Assembly (NCBI RefSeq): GCF_018350175.1 | Contig: NC_058368.1 | Coordinates: 230,456,001-230,520,000, forward strand | Source of the DNA: Felis catus | Lineage: Eukaryota | Length of the DNA stretch: 64,000 nucleotides | Direction: 5' to 3' | Shown here: positions 50,500 to 64,000 of the stretch, piece after piece | Position numbering within the stretch: position 1 is the first letter of the stretch | Layout of the letters: every line of letters starts with the position of its first letter | Made by a program: the position numbers and the translations under genes | Notes under the pieces: model-generated | What the model was told of the DNA's origin: nothing | Database searches by the model: none | The model's input: the letters and a program-made list of their open reading frames with translations, nothing else

Positions 50500-51109
50500 T
50501 GCTAAAGGATTGGTTTATATATACGGGGCGGCAAAAACATTTTGTTTCCTTTGCATTTACTTCAGTAAAATTCCCAGCAAATGTTTTTTTGAAAGACAAC
50601 TGAGAGGATTTGTCTCTATAGTCACATTTTTATAGAACTGATTTAAAACTGTTCCTTCAGTTGTTAATCAAACATTGTCAACTTTCAGATGAGTATTATT
50701 AATGCCGTTGGTAAGTTCAACATGTGCCATGAAAAACTAACAAATTTCAGAAGTACCTGTGTTCTGTTTGTTCTATTCATAACACAGTAGATAAAACGCA
50801 ATCTCATGTTAACATTTATTGAAAGCTTATTAAACAAGTAAGTTGGAAGTTGTGTTTCTAAAAATAAATATTTTATTCTCCACGTCTGCAATGATGATGT
50901 ATATTTAGATTAGTCTTGAGAAGAAAATACAATCTTTCTTTCATAAAAAATCAGAATATAATTCTGTTTATTTTACCTTCATGTGTTCTGTTTTGAACAA
51001 CAACAAAAAATTCTTCAAGAGCATTTTCAGATGTTATAACTTATATGTAGTACTTAGGAACATTTCTAAACTTAATCCTATTTTTAAGATTTCCTTTAAA
51101 AATATGTAA

Positions 51110-51328
51110 GGGGCCCCTGGTGGCTCTGTCAGTTAGGCGTCCAACTTCAGCTCAGGTCACGATCTCACCGTTCGTGAGTTCGAGCCCCACGTCAGGCTCT
51201 GTGCTACCAACTCAGAGCCTGGAACCTGCTTCGGATTCTGTGTCTCCCTCTCTCTCTGCCCCTCCCTTGCTCATACTCTGTCTTTCTCTTTCTCTCTCAG
51301 AAATAAACATTAAAAATTGTTAATAAAA
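51110..51328 (+). mobile_element. Can-SINE
   Basis: ggggcccctggtggctctgtcagttaggcgtcc head, CT tract, A tail. Confidence 0.92.
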
Positions 51329-51972
51329 ATATTTGAAACCCTAAAACATTCCATCTGTCCTAAAACTTTAGCTTTTGCTCTGCCTACATTACTTTCTGTT
51401 CTAGTCTGTCCCCTGCGGACATGCCCTCTGCTTTCTACTGCTCCCTGTTCTCTGAGTCCTCCACGAGCATTGCCTTCTGAGAAAAACTGACAAAGCTGTC
51501 ACAAGTGACAGTGAATTTACATTCCTTGTTGAGCATCAGACCTGATGCTGGACTCTCATAAGGTCCTGCGTGTTGGTGGCCGTTTCTAAATGGAGGCCGC
51601 ATCAAACTGTCCATATGTGCATATTGAGGTCTTGGATAAAACAAGGATGTCCTGCTAGTTCATAGCTCAGATAACTTTCACAATTCTTTTGTCTTGGTTA
51701 GATTTTTGGATACGTAGGCCCGCTGTATTAAAAGTGAACAGAAGCCTGGTTGGTATCCATAGTTCAAATCAGACCTCACCCTCTTCGAGATGGAACGAAG
51801 ACAATGGTGTCACAAGTCTTATGCCCGCTTGTCAGATTTTCACAGCAGCCCTTTAATGGGTTCTCAGAGATGTTCTAAAATCAAGGGTGCGCTCTAGGTC
51901 ATGGCGTTCACACTCTCTATGTCCGCCTTGCCCTTGACTTTAACTTGATTAGGGAAAACGGTTTTGAGATGA

Positions 51973-52200
<228 letters not shown>

Positions 52201-55200
52201 TGAGTGGCACCCTTGCTGCCTCCCGCTGCTGTCATATGCTTTCTGCTTCTGCAATTTTCATTGCTGCTTTCCTGAGGATCAGAGCGTCCCAGAAAGATGA
52301 ATGTTGACATGGTGAAGAAGGGTAAGAGGCTAGCAAAAATCATTTCTAATGAGGTACCGACGAGGTGTAGGCATCTTCTTCTATAAGTCTTTTATTTAAC
52401 ATGTTTTCTTGAGTCTTGGGCAAAAAATAAACATTTTCATTCCAACCAAAAGTAATTAGTTTTCTTTGATTAAAAGCAATAGTTCACAGTAGTTTCTTTC
52501 CCATGTTATAGTATATCATGCGTATAGAATAACCAGGCAGGCCAGTTGGTGGGGGGAGAGTCAATGACATATACGTAGGGAGCTAATTAAGTGGCATCAC
52601 TAATTTTGGTTTTCATTTTTAAAAGTTTGTCTGTGTGACTACCGGAGCCCATAATGCTTAGAGATAACTTTTTAATAAAGCCTGTTGTATGAAATGTTTT
52701 TTTTTTTAAATAATGAAAGTAGCAAATACATTCTAGTTCTCTCTCAGTGCCCTTTTACAAAAATCATCCCCCAGAAATCTCTTGAGAAGTCTTAGAATCA
52801 CCTTAATTTTTGTTTAACTTTTGCTCTTAGAAAAGAAGGTAATAATCAGGATACAGTTTTTCCAAACTCGGGCAACTGTGCCCCCAAGGATGCTGTATTT
52901 GGTACCAAAGTTGCAAATCTCTGCTAGATAAACTTAATGATGAGGTGGGAGTACATGAACAACCCACGGTACCCAGTCAAATGATCTATATTTCAGACAT
53001 AAAATGTACAGGTTTGTTTTAGCTGAGCTGCCTCAAAGCTGTCATCTTGCCTGCAATTGATTGGTTTCCAGGGGCAAAAACTGGTCTCTACTGAGAAGGA
53101 ACAAAATCACCTTGGTGACATTAATAATAATTATCTCATGCATATGTATAGCAATGCTCTGGGCCTCCAGTCTTGAGAGGGGTGGTGCGTTTGTGTAAAT
53201 GTGTGTGTGTAGAGGGAGATAAAGTGAGTCTACCTCCATAAATATCGACATACATTCACAGACAGGAATAGGAAATCCTCTAACGATCTTGCTGTTCCTC
53301 AAGGTCACGAAATAATGATCTTTTGACATGATTTCTCTGGCTAAGCTTTACCATAAGCCAAATTTACAGTTCTCCAAAACTCCCTGTTGAGACATTCATT
53401 TTATAACCTCTTACATTCTGTTATCCTTCAGAAAACTCCTGCCCCACCAGAAGAAATATAACTCCTTCCCAGAGCTAAAGCTGTAAGCCACTTCCAACTC
53501 TTTATACCTGATTTTTCTAGTCCAGTTATTTTCAACTATTATGGGTCGTTTTTTCCCTTCTTAGCATCTTTGACTTAAAGAGTGTCATTGTTCCTAATAA
53601 GGATCATGGAAGAAGTGCCTCAGAATCAATTGTAGAAGTATGGTCAGTAAAGACTTGGTGAACTCCGTCAGATAAAACTCTCTCTGAATGATACAGTAAC
53701 ACAACTCTACATTCAAGATGTTAGACTTATGGATGTGGGCCACCTCCATTAAGAGCATACCTTCAGCACCATTTGATCAAAAGTCAGATGAGGAAGCTAG
53801 ACCATGTGGGTTCATGGGTCTGCTTTGCAAGTCATCTGGCTGAGTTGAGCATCTGGGATGTGACGCAGAGTGAAGATAGGTCAGATCAGGATCAGATCAG
53901 AGAAACTATCCATCCCTCTCTGTTCACACATACAGCGGGTTGGCCATGTGCTGCTTACACTGAATATGGCCAGGAGCAGACACATCATAGGAAGCAAAAA
54001 GGGGGACATCTGATTGAGAAAGAATTTCCTGTAGTCAAATTGGGTTTCCTTAGTCAAGATGCAACCAGGTTTAAGGGTTTTCCCACTTTTCTGAGTTTAT
54101 CATGTAATTGGCAAAGCAAAACCCAACAATATACTTAATTTCCCCCTTATTTCATCAAACCCCTGCCTTTCTACAGGAAAATAATAATTTGTCCTCTCTT
54201 ATTTAAATCTGTTTGTGAATCATTCCACATGGATGAGCAGGTTGAGCTGAGAGAGGAAGAAAACAGCCTTGGGAAGGGGCGAAAATGAATTTACCAAAGA
54301 CTCAATGGACAAAGTTCAAGAAATTCCAACTAACATTTGACATGTAACTTACAACCAGTGTTGGCACACCAGAACAGTCACAAATGTTTTTAGCATGATG
54401 GAAGGTTCTAGATTTTAATTGTTGAGGTTATGTGCATTCTTGATTTTTCCAAGAAAGCCTGGCTTTTTATTTATGTTAAAGAAATTACTTTGTACGCTAT
54501 TCCTGCCTTTCAGCAGTGTCAACCATGAGCATTTACTGAGTGTCTGCTGTTTGCCAGAGAGGGATCAGGGAGGCAGAAATAAACAAGGCTCAGCAAAAGC
54601 CCCCTGGGAACTGCAGAAACGACTCGAATATACTCCTTAAAATGTATATGAACAACCAGATTGTCTCAGTTTATAAATCATATCTGGACTTGTACCTTTG
54701 CAAAGAACATTTTCTTCTATCAAAATATTTAGAAAGAAGTTGATGCTTTGGTGCTTCTAAAAGCAAAAACAAGAAAAACTCAGCAATTGTTCTTGTCATT
54801 TTCCTGGACTAAATTTATATTTCATACAAAAACGATACAGTGAATTTTCACAGCAAAAAAGATATAGGAAGTTTGTGTAACATTTGCATACTTTGGTGTA
54901 TTAATTTATAGCTTTGGTTTTGAAAGTTGCCTAAGTTGTATAAAAATGCCAAATTTACACGTTAGAATTATTTTGCAATGTGTCATGACCACTGCTATCA
55001 TAGTCCATGAAATCTGGCTAGAACGTTCAGTATATGTTTCAGGAGCTTGTTTAGTTGGTAAGAAAGAGCCAGCTGCATTTGGCCAACAAAATGCACCTGT
55101 CCGCCCGTGGGTGCATAAGGAATTCGATGTAAGTTGGGACTAAGTTGGCATACACCACGTTCAGTGTCACGGCGGGCAGATAATACTTCAGTTCATTTCA

Positions 55201-57830
55201 TGTGATTTATGGATATTTCACTGTAAAGGCAAAGAAAATTAGTAACCTTAAAAAATAATGTAAAATATGCACAAAAGATTTCTTACTGTCTTCCTGTTTT
55301 AGATCTTATTCCTTGTTAGGGAATCATGTTTAAAACTAAGGCATTGTTGAGGACCATCTGATTATATTAAGATTTTTTTCAATTATTTGCTTTTATAGAG
55401 TTCAACTTCTAGAAACCCTCCACAACCTTTAAGGATCAGGAGTTACATATAATTCAGTCCTTTTCATAATTATACATTTTATAAACTTATTTTGAGAGTG
55501 TGATTTTCCCATTACCATTCATTATCAAACAACACTTGGAATTTAAAAAAAAAAATTACAAGTAGCAAGGTACATGAGTCACTGTTTAAGTATTTTTGTT
55601 ATGTGAGATGTCAGTTAAATTTAATTCAGCTATCTGCCCTCGGGTGATATTTTCCCTGATACTGAGTTGGAATGGAAACTCTCCTTTCTCATGAATTGTT
55701 GAGAAATTGAAGAATGGAGCTGTGTGAGTGCGTGTGCGTGTGCGTGTGCGTTCGTTCATTCCAAGGTTTGACCTGGCAACATGTCTATTGGATAATTTTA
55801 TACATTGTTGATGGAGGTAAGGTTTTGACTTTGAAAATGAACATTTTGATTCATAAAATCCCCATCTTCCAGGGACCAGAAACTTCTACTTCAAATACAT
55901 TGTTTATTCTCATATTTATTATAAGTTCAATAGCCTATGGTCAGTTGGTCGGGAAGCCAGTACCTGCACTCACATCCTGACTCCTGGTCCAGCCTGCTCC
56001 CGCTGTGCCACACAGAGAGGAAATACAATGTCCTGTGAAGTGCCAGGAACACATCTGTGCTCAGAGCCTCACAACCCACTGAGCACCCAGTTGGCGGATG
56101 GACTCGCTCTCCTTTGTGTTGGCTCCTTTAATTTGCTTCTGGACATCCACTGAATGGCATCATCTCAGCCAACACCCATCCAAATTACCAACTGTCTTCC
56201 TCCTCCTTCTCCTTTCCTACTTCCCATTCTTCCCTCCCAAGGCTGCCAGTATGGAGTGGGAAGCAATGTGGACAGTTAGTCATGGAGCCTCACGTCAGCC
56301 ACTTCCCGCCACCTCCACCTTAAGTCTTAATTTAGGCAATTAGTCAGAGCAATGGATGCCTTTTTTAAAAATATAAGACTGTATTTTAAGACATACCCTA
56401 GAAAACAAGGTTGACATTATTTCCCCAGTACTCAGACTCCTTCATTCTTTTACTGATGGCTTGATTCTCTTTTACTGATGGCCCCACTCTTTTTCCAGGA
56501 TAGTATTTCCTAACCTGGGTGGCTTTTGACCCCAGTAGGAGCTTTGATGGTGGGCAAAAGTACATTTATCGGGTCACTGATGTAGAGCAGTGTTCTTAAT
56601 TTTTGTTCCTAGCAGGATTCAAATTTGTTTGTGTCATTTCGGAGTGGGAAGCCGAGGGTAGGCATTTAAGCAATTGCTATTCTAAAAGACATCATCCTTT
56701 CATTTTTCAGAAAGAAAAAAAATATATTATAAATGCAAATTGTACCACTCTTAAACGTTCCAAAGCTTATCAGAGTGAAATTTCAGGTGGGGAGGAGGGG
56801 CAGGGAAAGCCTATGCCTTCCTAAGCTAAAATCTGGACCGCTAACACTGTTCAAACGTTAGATAATTGTATACATTCTTAATAAACTCTGTCCAGCTTCT
56901 CAAGACTTCTCTTTGGCGGCAAATGTACCGATACCTAGTGGTATCCACACACCCCACCAGCCTGCAGCAGGGGCCATACTCGTGGGGAGTGTTCTAAAGA
57001 GAAGAGACTCTTGCCTTTGCCTTCTCTCAAAAGGTACGGTAAATCTTCACGGAAAGATGTCATATCATGTTGACATAGCAAAAATTTAAGCACATATGAC
57101 ATATAAAATGAAAAGTTAATGCCCTTAGTCCTTTTCCATTTAAAATTCATTTTGGGGTAGGAAATGGAATTTTTCAAAAGCAGATCTCTATTTGTTCCTG
57201 AAGTATCCATCTGTCACTGAGGAAAGAGGATAGAAATGGGAAAAAAAAAATCTCTGAAATTTTGTTGGAGGAGCGAGTTGATAAGAATGATGGCGGCTAG
57301 ATTGTGGGGTTCATGGCTCCCGGTGATTAGTGGGGGTCGGACTGCGTCTCTGCCAGCATCCTTCTTCCAGCCCCCACCCCGGACACACACTAACGCTCCC
57401 CCTCTTCCTTGCCCCTTCCTCTTTTATGATGTTTGTCTTTTGCTCCAATACTGCCCAATTTCAGCTTTACTGTTTGATAAAAACCATTTTCAAATATGGC
57501 CTAAAATGAATGTGGTAAAACGTTAGGTATGGCTTAGGTCGTAAGTATGCATGAAGCTATTGGATTAGCTTTTTCTTCACTTGATGATGAAGGAGTCCTC
57601 CAGGAAATGGCTTTCCTTTGGCCTAAATTAGGCAAGTCAGACCTTGAAAGAGATTCAGTTCTGCGTGAGGATTGTTTCATGGTACCACATATAATCAAAT
57701 ACTTTTCCTAACTTGGGCCGAAATGATCAACTTCAACTATAACATGTATTGCCCAACCACAGCCTGGTTGCTGAAAAGTGAAGGACAGACTGGCCCCTCC
57801 CGAGGACAAGCTCGTTGTAGCTGAGATCGT

Positions 57831-58516
57831 TGTAATGGGTTAAATAAGTGTGCCCCCCCCCCCCCCACCAAAAGCTATGTCTACCAGGAACCTCAGAATG
57901 TGACCCTATTTGGACATAGGGTCTTTGCGGGTAAAGCTATTTAAATTAAGATGAGGTCATACTGACTTAGGGTGGGCCTGAATCCAATGGATGGTGTTTG
58001 TTTGTTTTATTTATTTAATTTGAAGTTGAGAGAGAGAGAGCACGCGTGCTGGGGAGGGGCAGAGAGAGAGGGACAGAGAGAATCCCAAACCAGCTCCACA
58101 CTGTCAGCACAGAGCCTGACAAGGGGCTTGAACTCGGGAACTGCAAGGTCATGACCTGAGCTGAAATCGAGAGTCGGACGCTTAACTGACTGAGCCACCC
58201 ACGTGCCCCGATGGTGTCTTCATAAGAGGACATAGACACAGAGGAGGAGGCCACGTGAAGACAGAGGCAGAGACTGAGGCGATACAGGGAAAAGCCAAGG
58301 ACTTTCGAGCATGGCTGAAAGCCATGAGAAATGAGAAAAACGCAAAGAAGGGTTCTTCCCCAGAGTCTTCAAGAGGGAGCATGGCCCTGCTGACGCCTTG
58401 ATTTTGGACTTCTAACCTCTCAAACTGTGATAGAAAAAGTTTCTGGCGTGTTAAGCCCCACGCCCCATGCCCAGTGCGGGTGGTACCTTATTCTGGCACC
58501 ATCGGAACCTCTACAG
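57831..58516 (+). mobile_element. MaLR solo LTR (MLT1B/C-like) interrupted by a SINE
   Basis: tgtaatgggttaaat...cctcagaatgtgaccctatttggacatagggtcttt...aagatgaggtcatact...gccacgtgaagacagaggcagagact...ccttgattttggacttct. Confidence 0.85.
58002..58209 (-). mobile_element. Can-SINE inserted in an MLT1 LTR
   Basis: Reverse-complement SINE; TSD-like gatggtgt on both sides. Confidence 0.92.
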
Positions 58517-59719
58517 TCACACTAGGAAGTAACCAGAGGGGGCCTACAAATCCAGGGAGCCACCAGAGAACACAGCCAAGGGAGGGGGAAAGGGCAGCTG
58601 ACTCCCAGACGCTGCCCGTCCCCAAACAGTGTTCAGCCCCAAGAACAAACTCCCCAGATAGGGAGCTGTTTGTTCTCTAGCCCATCTTCCTCCACAGCTC
58701 AGGTGCAAGGCCAGACATCCCTGGTACAGGACTGGGCTCTGCCCAGCCTCAGCCAAAGAAGGATCGCATGCACCCTCTGGACTGGGGAGACGCGAAACAC
58801 GTGGTTTTTGTGTTTTCTGCTCCTATTTATGAACCAACTTCCCGTTTCCTCCAACCTTTAAACTACCTTCTGAAAGTTGTGTGGGTTATTCTGGGAGCCA
58901 GGAGCCATTCTAGGTTTTTCAGGCAGGGCACATGACATTTAGGGATCGTTTAAGGAAGTTGGCTCCAGCAGCTGGGGACGGGATGAATGCTTTCTGCATT
59001 TCGCGTAAAACATGACTGTATTTCCCATTTAAAATACCAGAGATCAATATCCTAAAGATCCCTGTCATGGCCATTATCGTCATTTCAGAGTGAACTGTAG
59101 GTGAGGCCTTGCCAAGTGTCCTTTTTTACCATTTAATCCGCCAGCTCAATAAGACAACTCCGTTCGGATACTGTTTGGCTGTGTTGCGTTTTGTCCTGCA
59201 TAGTTAGGACTTTATCTCCAGCCGAAGTATCTGCATAAGGCCAGCTTTGCTAACTTCCACAGCTCATTTCCTAGAGCCTCTGAGTCATTTATTTATTTTT
59301 ATTATTCTGTTCCCACTTCAACATCTTGTCCTGAAGGACAACAATATACAACCCTAATTTTTCCATCTGTCTTTGTGCACACGAGAATGTTATTAAGCCC
59401 ATCAAAGGAGCTGCACTGAGCCTTTGCTTATGAGTATAATTAAACTCAGACCCTCGATTGGTCACTTTAACCCATCTAATGGATGAGCACTTGGTCCCAT
59501 GGGTCCACTCATTCTGGAGTGACCTTGAGAAAACCCGTTCACCAAGTAACACTACTGATAACCACACTCTGGCTGGAACGCTCCAAGGACATTTATTTTA
59601 TTTGGCTTACCCCTGGCATTAGCCATAGGTAAGAGGAGGAATTATTATTACTTTGAAGCTAGGTTCAGTTGGTTGCCAATATTATTCAACCATTAAAAAG
59701 AATGGTTTTGTCGCCGTGA

Positions 59720-59930
59720 CTTGCTCATTCCATAACTGAAAGCGCGTACCTCCCACGCCCCTTCACCCGTTTTGCCCATCCCCCCACACCCACCCTTCTC
59801 ACAACCATCAGTTTGTTCTCTGTATTTACGAGCTGGTTTCTGGTGTTCTTGACTTGTTTGTTTAGATTCCGCACGTAAGTGCAATCATATGCCATTTGTT
59901 TTTCACTGTCTGACTTACTTCAGCATAGTG
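59720..59930 (-). mobile_element. Old LINE-1 3' UTR fragment
   Basis: cataactgaaag...aaccatcagtttgttctctgtattt...tagattccgcacgtaagtg...ctgtctgacttacttca. Confidence 0.75.
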
Positions 59931-59974
59931 TATGTAGTAAAAAAATTTTTAAAAATCTGTTTTAAAACGTGTTT

Positions 59975-60183
59975 CTTTTATTTTTTTAAGTTTATTTATT
60001 TATTTTGAGAAAGACAGAGAGAGCAAGCAGGGGAGGAGCAGAGAGGAGAGAGAGAATCCCAAGCAGGTTCTGCACTGTCAGTGCAGAGCCTGATGAGGGG
60101 CTCGAACCCACGAACTGCCAGATCATGACTTGAGCCGAAACCAAGAGTCAGACACTCAACCAACTGAGCCACCCACGTGCCCC
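59975..60183 (-). mobile_element. Can-SINE
   Basis: Reverse-complement SINE ending gagccacccacgtgcccc. Confidence 0.92.
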
Positions 60184-60699
60184 AGTTTTTTTTTTTTTTA
60201 AGTCTTGTATAATGAGTTCTGGATTAATCTTGTGTTGCAGCTGAACTGAGCACTCTTGATCCAGGGACTTAAAACAGGAATGACGTAGACTGTATGGATG
60301 CTATGAAGAGAGGAGAGCCGATCGCCCACTCACGCCTGGTGTTCCCATACCTGGCCCCAAAGCAGAGGCTATTCCTCACCTGAGCAGCTTTCCACTTCTG
60401 ATCCCTGGGTCTATCATGGATGCAAAGTGAATGGTTTTGTTGAGTCATGACTCAGCAATGAAGGTCTTCTTTGAAGGCAGGGGACAAGTTGAGTGGCCGA
60501 AGGAGTTTGGAGTATTAGGGCCCCATCCGAGAGGACATTTGGGCTACCCACCTCAGCAGCTCCCTTGGTGACGAGGGCTCCCACCTCCCATGGAGCACCC
60601 CAGCTTTCTAGCTCACTCCGTGTCACCCAATCAGGGAAGTTCATACTTTATTACTTTATAATAATAGATCTATATGCTATTAATAGGTTTTAACAAGTT

Positions 60700-60935
60700 T
60701 ATGCAGTACTACTTTGCTGGGGCTTTTGTAACAAAATGCCACAGACTGGGCGGCTTAAACAACAGAAATGTGTTTTCTCACAATCCTGGAAGTTAGAAGT
60801 CTGAGATCAAGATGTCAGCAGGTCTGGTGGTTCTCAAGCCTTCTCTCCTTGGTTTGTAGATGGCCGTCTTCTTGCCCTGTCCTCACATGGTCTTCCCTAC
60901 ATGCCTCTGTGTCCTGATCTCCCCTTCTTATAAAT
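60700..60935 (-). mobile_element. MaLR LTR fragment (MLT1A/B-like)
   Basis: gtaacaaaatgccacagactgggcggcttaaacaacagaaat...ttctcacaatcctggaagttagaagtctgagatcaag...ccttcttataa. Confidence 0.8.
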
Positions 60936-61119
60936 CTCCAAGTTGGGATCTCCAAATGAGGCTTCCCCAAGTGGGGCATCACTATTGAATGCCACAGACT
61001 CCAGGGCCTGGCCTTTGTCCTTGCCTGGCCAGAAACTGGACCTTAAAGCTCCAATAATATCAGAAGGAAATTAGCTTTGGCTTAACATCTGTTAAAAGCC
61101 CCTTGTGAGTTTATGTGTC

Positions 61120-61300
61120 TTTAATATGCACACTGTCTGATACAGTTGTCCCAATAATCTAGTGAGGTAGGATCCCCTATCCCATTTTACAGATCAAGAA
61201 GTTAATGCTCATGAGGATAAGAGTAGGTTGCCCCAAGTCATACAGTTAGTAAGAGAGGGAAAGGTGAGATAAATCCCGGGTTGTATGATGCCTCAGCTGG
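61120..61300 (-). mobile_element. MIR
   Basis: gtgaggtagg...tatcccattttacagat...ttgccccaagtcatacagttagtaag. Confidence 0.75.
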
Positions 61301-61384
61301 GTTCCTCCCACATCACCATGTTCCATTAGGCAGAGGCAAGGAGCAGCCCCAAAACACATTTGTTTGTTTACACTGAGGCTAGGA

Positions 61385-61850
61385 TGCTGGCTCAGCCCAC
61401 ATCCTAAGAGAAGCAGACACCCAGACAGAATGAGCAGTCCATGCAAGATATTTAATTAGGGGTAACACCGGAGAGGAAAATGAGAGGGAAAACAGAGTCT
61501 TCAAACCACGCATGATGCAGCAGGTCTGACCCCAAGTGAAGGAGAGCAGAAAAGAAGGAAGGAATGTTGGTTGCGTGGGTGAAAATGTCTTAGACTTTCG
61601 GGGATGTGGACCAGACCACTGGAGCGTTCTTAATCCCAGTTCATTGTTCCAAGGAGCCTCGCATCTCCCAAGACAAGGCTTACCCTATCACTGCTGCAGA
61701 GCTGGGTCACTGGCTGGGAGCACCCACGGGGAGTGAGGCTTGAGTATGAAGGCAAACACAGTACGAGTCTCAGGGCACAGCAGCTGGACCATCAGTCAGT
61801 GATGCTCCTGCAGTGAGAGATTTGAGTGGGTGTAATTTTATGGTCGTTAC
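61385..61850. mobile_element. Ancient ERVL-type LTR (LTR16-like), tentative
   Basis: gaagcagacacccagacag...gcaagatatttaattagggg...tgcagcaggtctgacccc...gtcactggctgggagca. Confidence 0.4.
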
Positions 61851-64000
61851 GTAAGCCTAATTCTTTACCAGTGCTTTCGTTCTCTATAGACTAGCTACTA
61901 AGAAGTCACATTAAACCAGAAAATTGCTTGGTAATATGGAATCCAAACAAGAGGAGCTAGTTACATTGACTGAAAGCTTCATTGTCTCAACATCTGTTCT
62001 TTTGAGTCCTTACTATGTGCTTGGCCCTTATGGTAGGCATGGGTGTTGCAAGGGAGAGCAGATAGGCACGGTCTGTGGAGTTTGCTATTGAAAGCGATTC
62101 ATAATGTCATTAAGACAACCTGATTGCCTCCAAGTTCCATTAGGCTGCCCCAGAACTGGAAAAGCTGGAGCGTGTCTCTCCTAAAGAATGCCTCAGAAGG
62201 CCATATTCTTTTTGTTTTTTTTCAATGTTTTCATGGGCAACCTACCTCTCTTACTAATCCATTCTTTCTTTACATTTAAGAAACTGTGTATTTTTAACTG
62301 ACTCGCTGTTAAATCCTGTAGTCTTAAAGCTTTCTCTCTCTTCAGGATTTTGCATTCTCTTATCTTTTTTATTAGGAAAAGTTTAGAAAAGAATTCATTT
62401 TTTTAATTCTTTCAGAAGACATTGCTATCCCCCAGAGGACTAACCATAATTTTGCAAAGTTCTTTCTGGCATTTATGTTCCATGAAATGGTAATAGGGAT
62501 CATTTCGCCCCAAACATTGTTTTGTTTTCCCAAGCCAGAAGAAGGGAGAGCATAATGATTTCACCATAAATAGAAAATTTTAATATAAGATATCCCATCA
62601 TGCTATTCCTTCTTAAAGTTTCCACAACTTATTTCTGCAGAATTTGATCTGCTTAATTATGAAAATTTCCAGGATCTAACTAAAACTTGCTTTGAATTAT
62701 TTATCTTATAATCTGGTTGCAAGTGTGGGCTTCTTTTAAAAGGACAAACAAATGTTAAATTTTATCTTCTCAATATGAGTAGTCATCCTTCCTATTAGAA
62801 TATGAATATTCAAACCTTTCCATTAGTATGAACAAATTACTTCCTTTGAAAAATGATTAAATAAAAAAAGCTTAGTTAATCTCCAATTGGTAGACAATGG
62901 TGTTTAAAATTTATCCCTATAAAACATTGGGTTGTAGGGTGTTAACTCCCTGATAAATAAAAAAGCAAGTCGTCAGAGCTGGATCGTTCTTCAAATCCTT
63001 CATAACTTCTTGATATTAAAAATATAATTTTTCCTCCTGCTGCCTCCCAAATTATATTACATCGCATCAGAAGTGGCTTCCCTGGAGGAGAAGCAAAGAA
63101 ACAAGTCTATTATCCATAAATTGAAGAAGAAAGAGTTCACTAAACAGTCTCACTTACGTGCTAATCCTCTCCAGTATTTTAACACATCTATTTTCATACC
63201 ATTTCTCCTTTCCCTTTTCCAAGTGGCACTTATTTTAAACTAAATAAAGTCAGCATTTGCCAGAGTTGTGACAAAACAACCAGAGAGATGGGGACAGATC
63301 CAGGAGGACAAGCGGAGCACGCGTGGAAGCTAGCCCACACCCAGTGGCGTTAGTGAAGACCTCCAGCTTCCAGTTCCCATTCCTCTTGGAGAAGAGAAAC
63401 ATAACCAGTGAGAGCATGAATAGCGGTTCCAAAGCACCGGCTCGGAGATCACGCCTCCCACCCACCGTCCTGTAGAATTCCAGAGTGCAGAGCTGAACGC
63501 ACAACTCTACTCTGCACAACCTGGCTCTAAACTCTGTTGCCCCCCTCGTTCTCCTCTTCTTGAGTCTGGGTGTTCCTTAATTGACCAAGAATATTTGAAG
63601 TAAGTTCCACTTGTCCCTTAGTTGACCAAAGGACCCTTTGAAATAAAAAAAAAATGGGAAGTGTTTGAATTTCCATCCTGTTCTCACTGTCCCCCTTTAC
63701 TGGGTTGATGACTTCCTCTGGTCACGGAGCCATCACTGTTTGCTTCAGGGCATTTGATGGACAGCTGCGGGTCAAGGCTGACTGGGATGGCCCATTCTGC
63801 GGGTTCCTCTCCATCGCCCTTTGGAGCTGTGATGGGGAGAGGTGACAAGTGGGGTCTCTGACTCAGAGAGCTATGGCAGGGTGGGGATCACAGGAAGCAG
63901 AGGTGCAGGTGGGGGTGAATAGAATAACTACTCGGTTCCCTGCCCTGTGTCGTAGAGCTCCTGGCCGCTTCTCTGGCAAGATTTTAACCATCTCATAAGA

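Overview
Mammalian nuclear DNA from a feliform, probably a felid, judged from the SINEC_Fc-type Can-SINEs and carnivore L1 3' ends. The whole window lies inside the delta-catenin gene CTNND2 on the + strand. Only two coding exons are present, 6341-6554 (214 bp) and 52016-52199 (184 bp). Both encode armadillo repeats and join in frame across a 45,461-bp GT-AG intron. The rest is intronic: 20 Can-SINEs, L1/L2/MIR fragments, MaLR (MLT1) and MER34-like solo LTRs, two MER58-like DNA transposons, microsatellites, a 24-bp minisatellite and a ~660-bp ACC/TCC repeat. Most listed ORFs are chance or repeat-derived. I see no convincing new gene system. The most noteworthy observations are an apparent Ala->Thr change in a conserved ARM repeat, an ETS-motif minisatellite inside an LTR, a diverged local duplication with one copy hit twice by SINEs at the same site, a chimeric SINE dimer, a truncated U6 retrocopy, and inverted SINE pairs flanking both exons. 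Repeat family names come from recalled consensus sequences and their boundaries are approximate.
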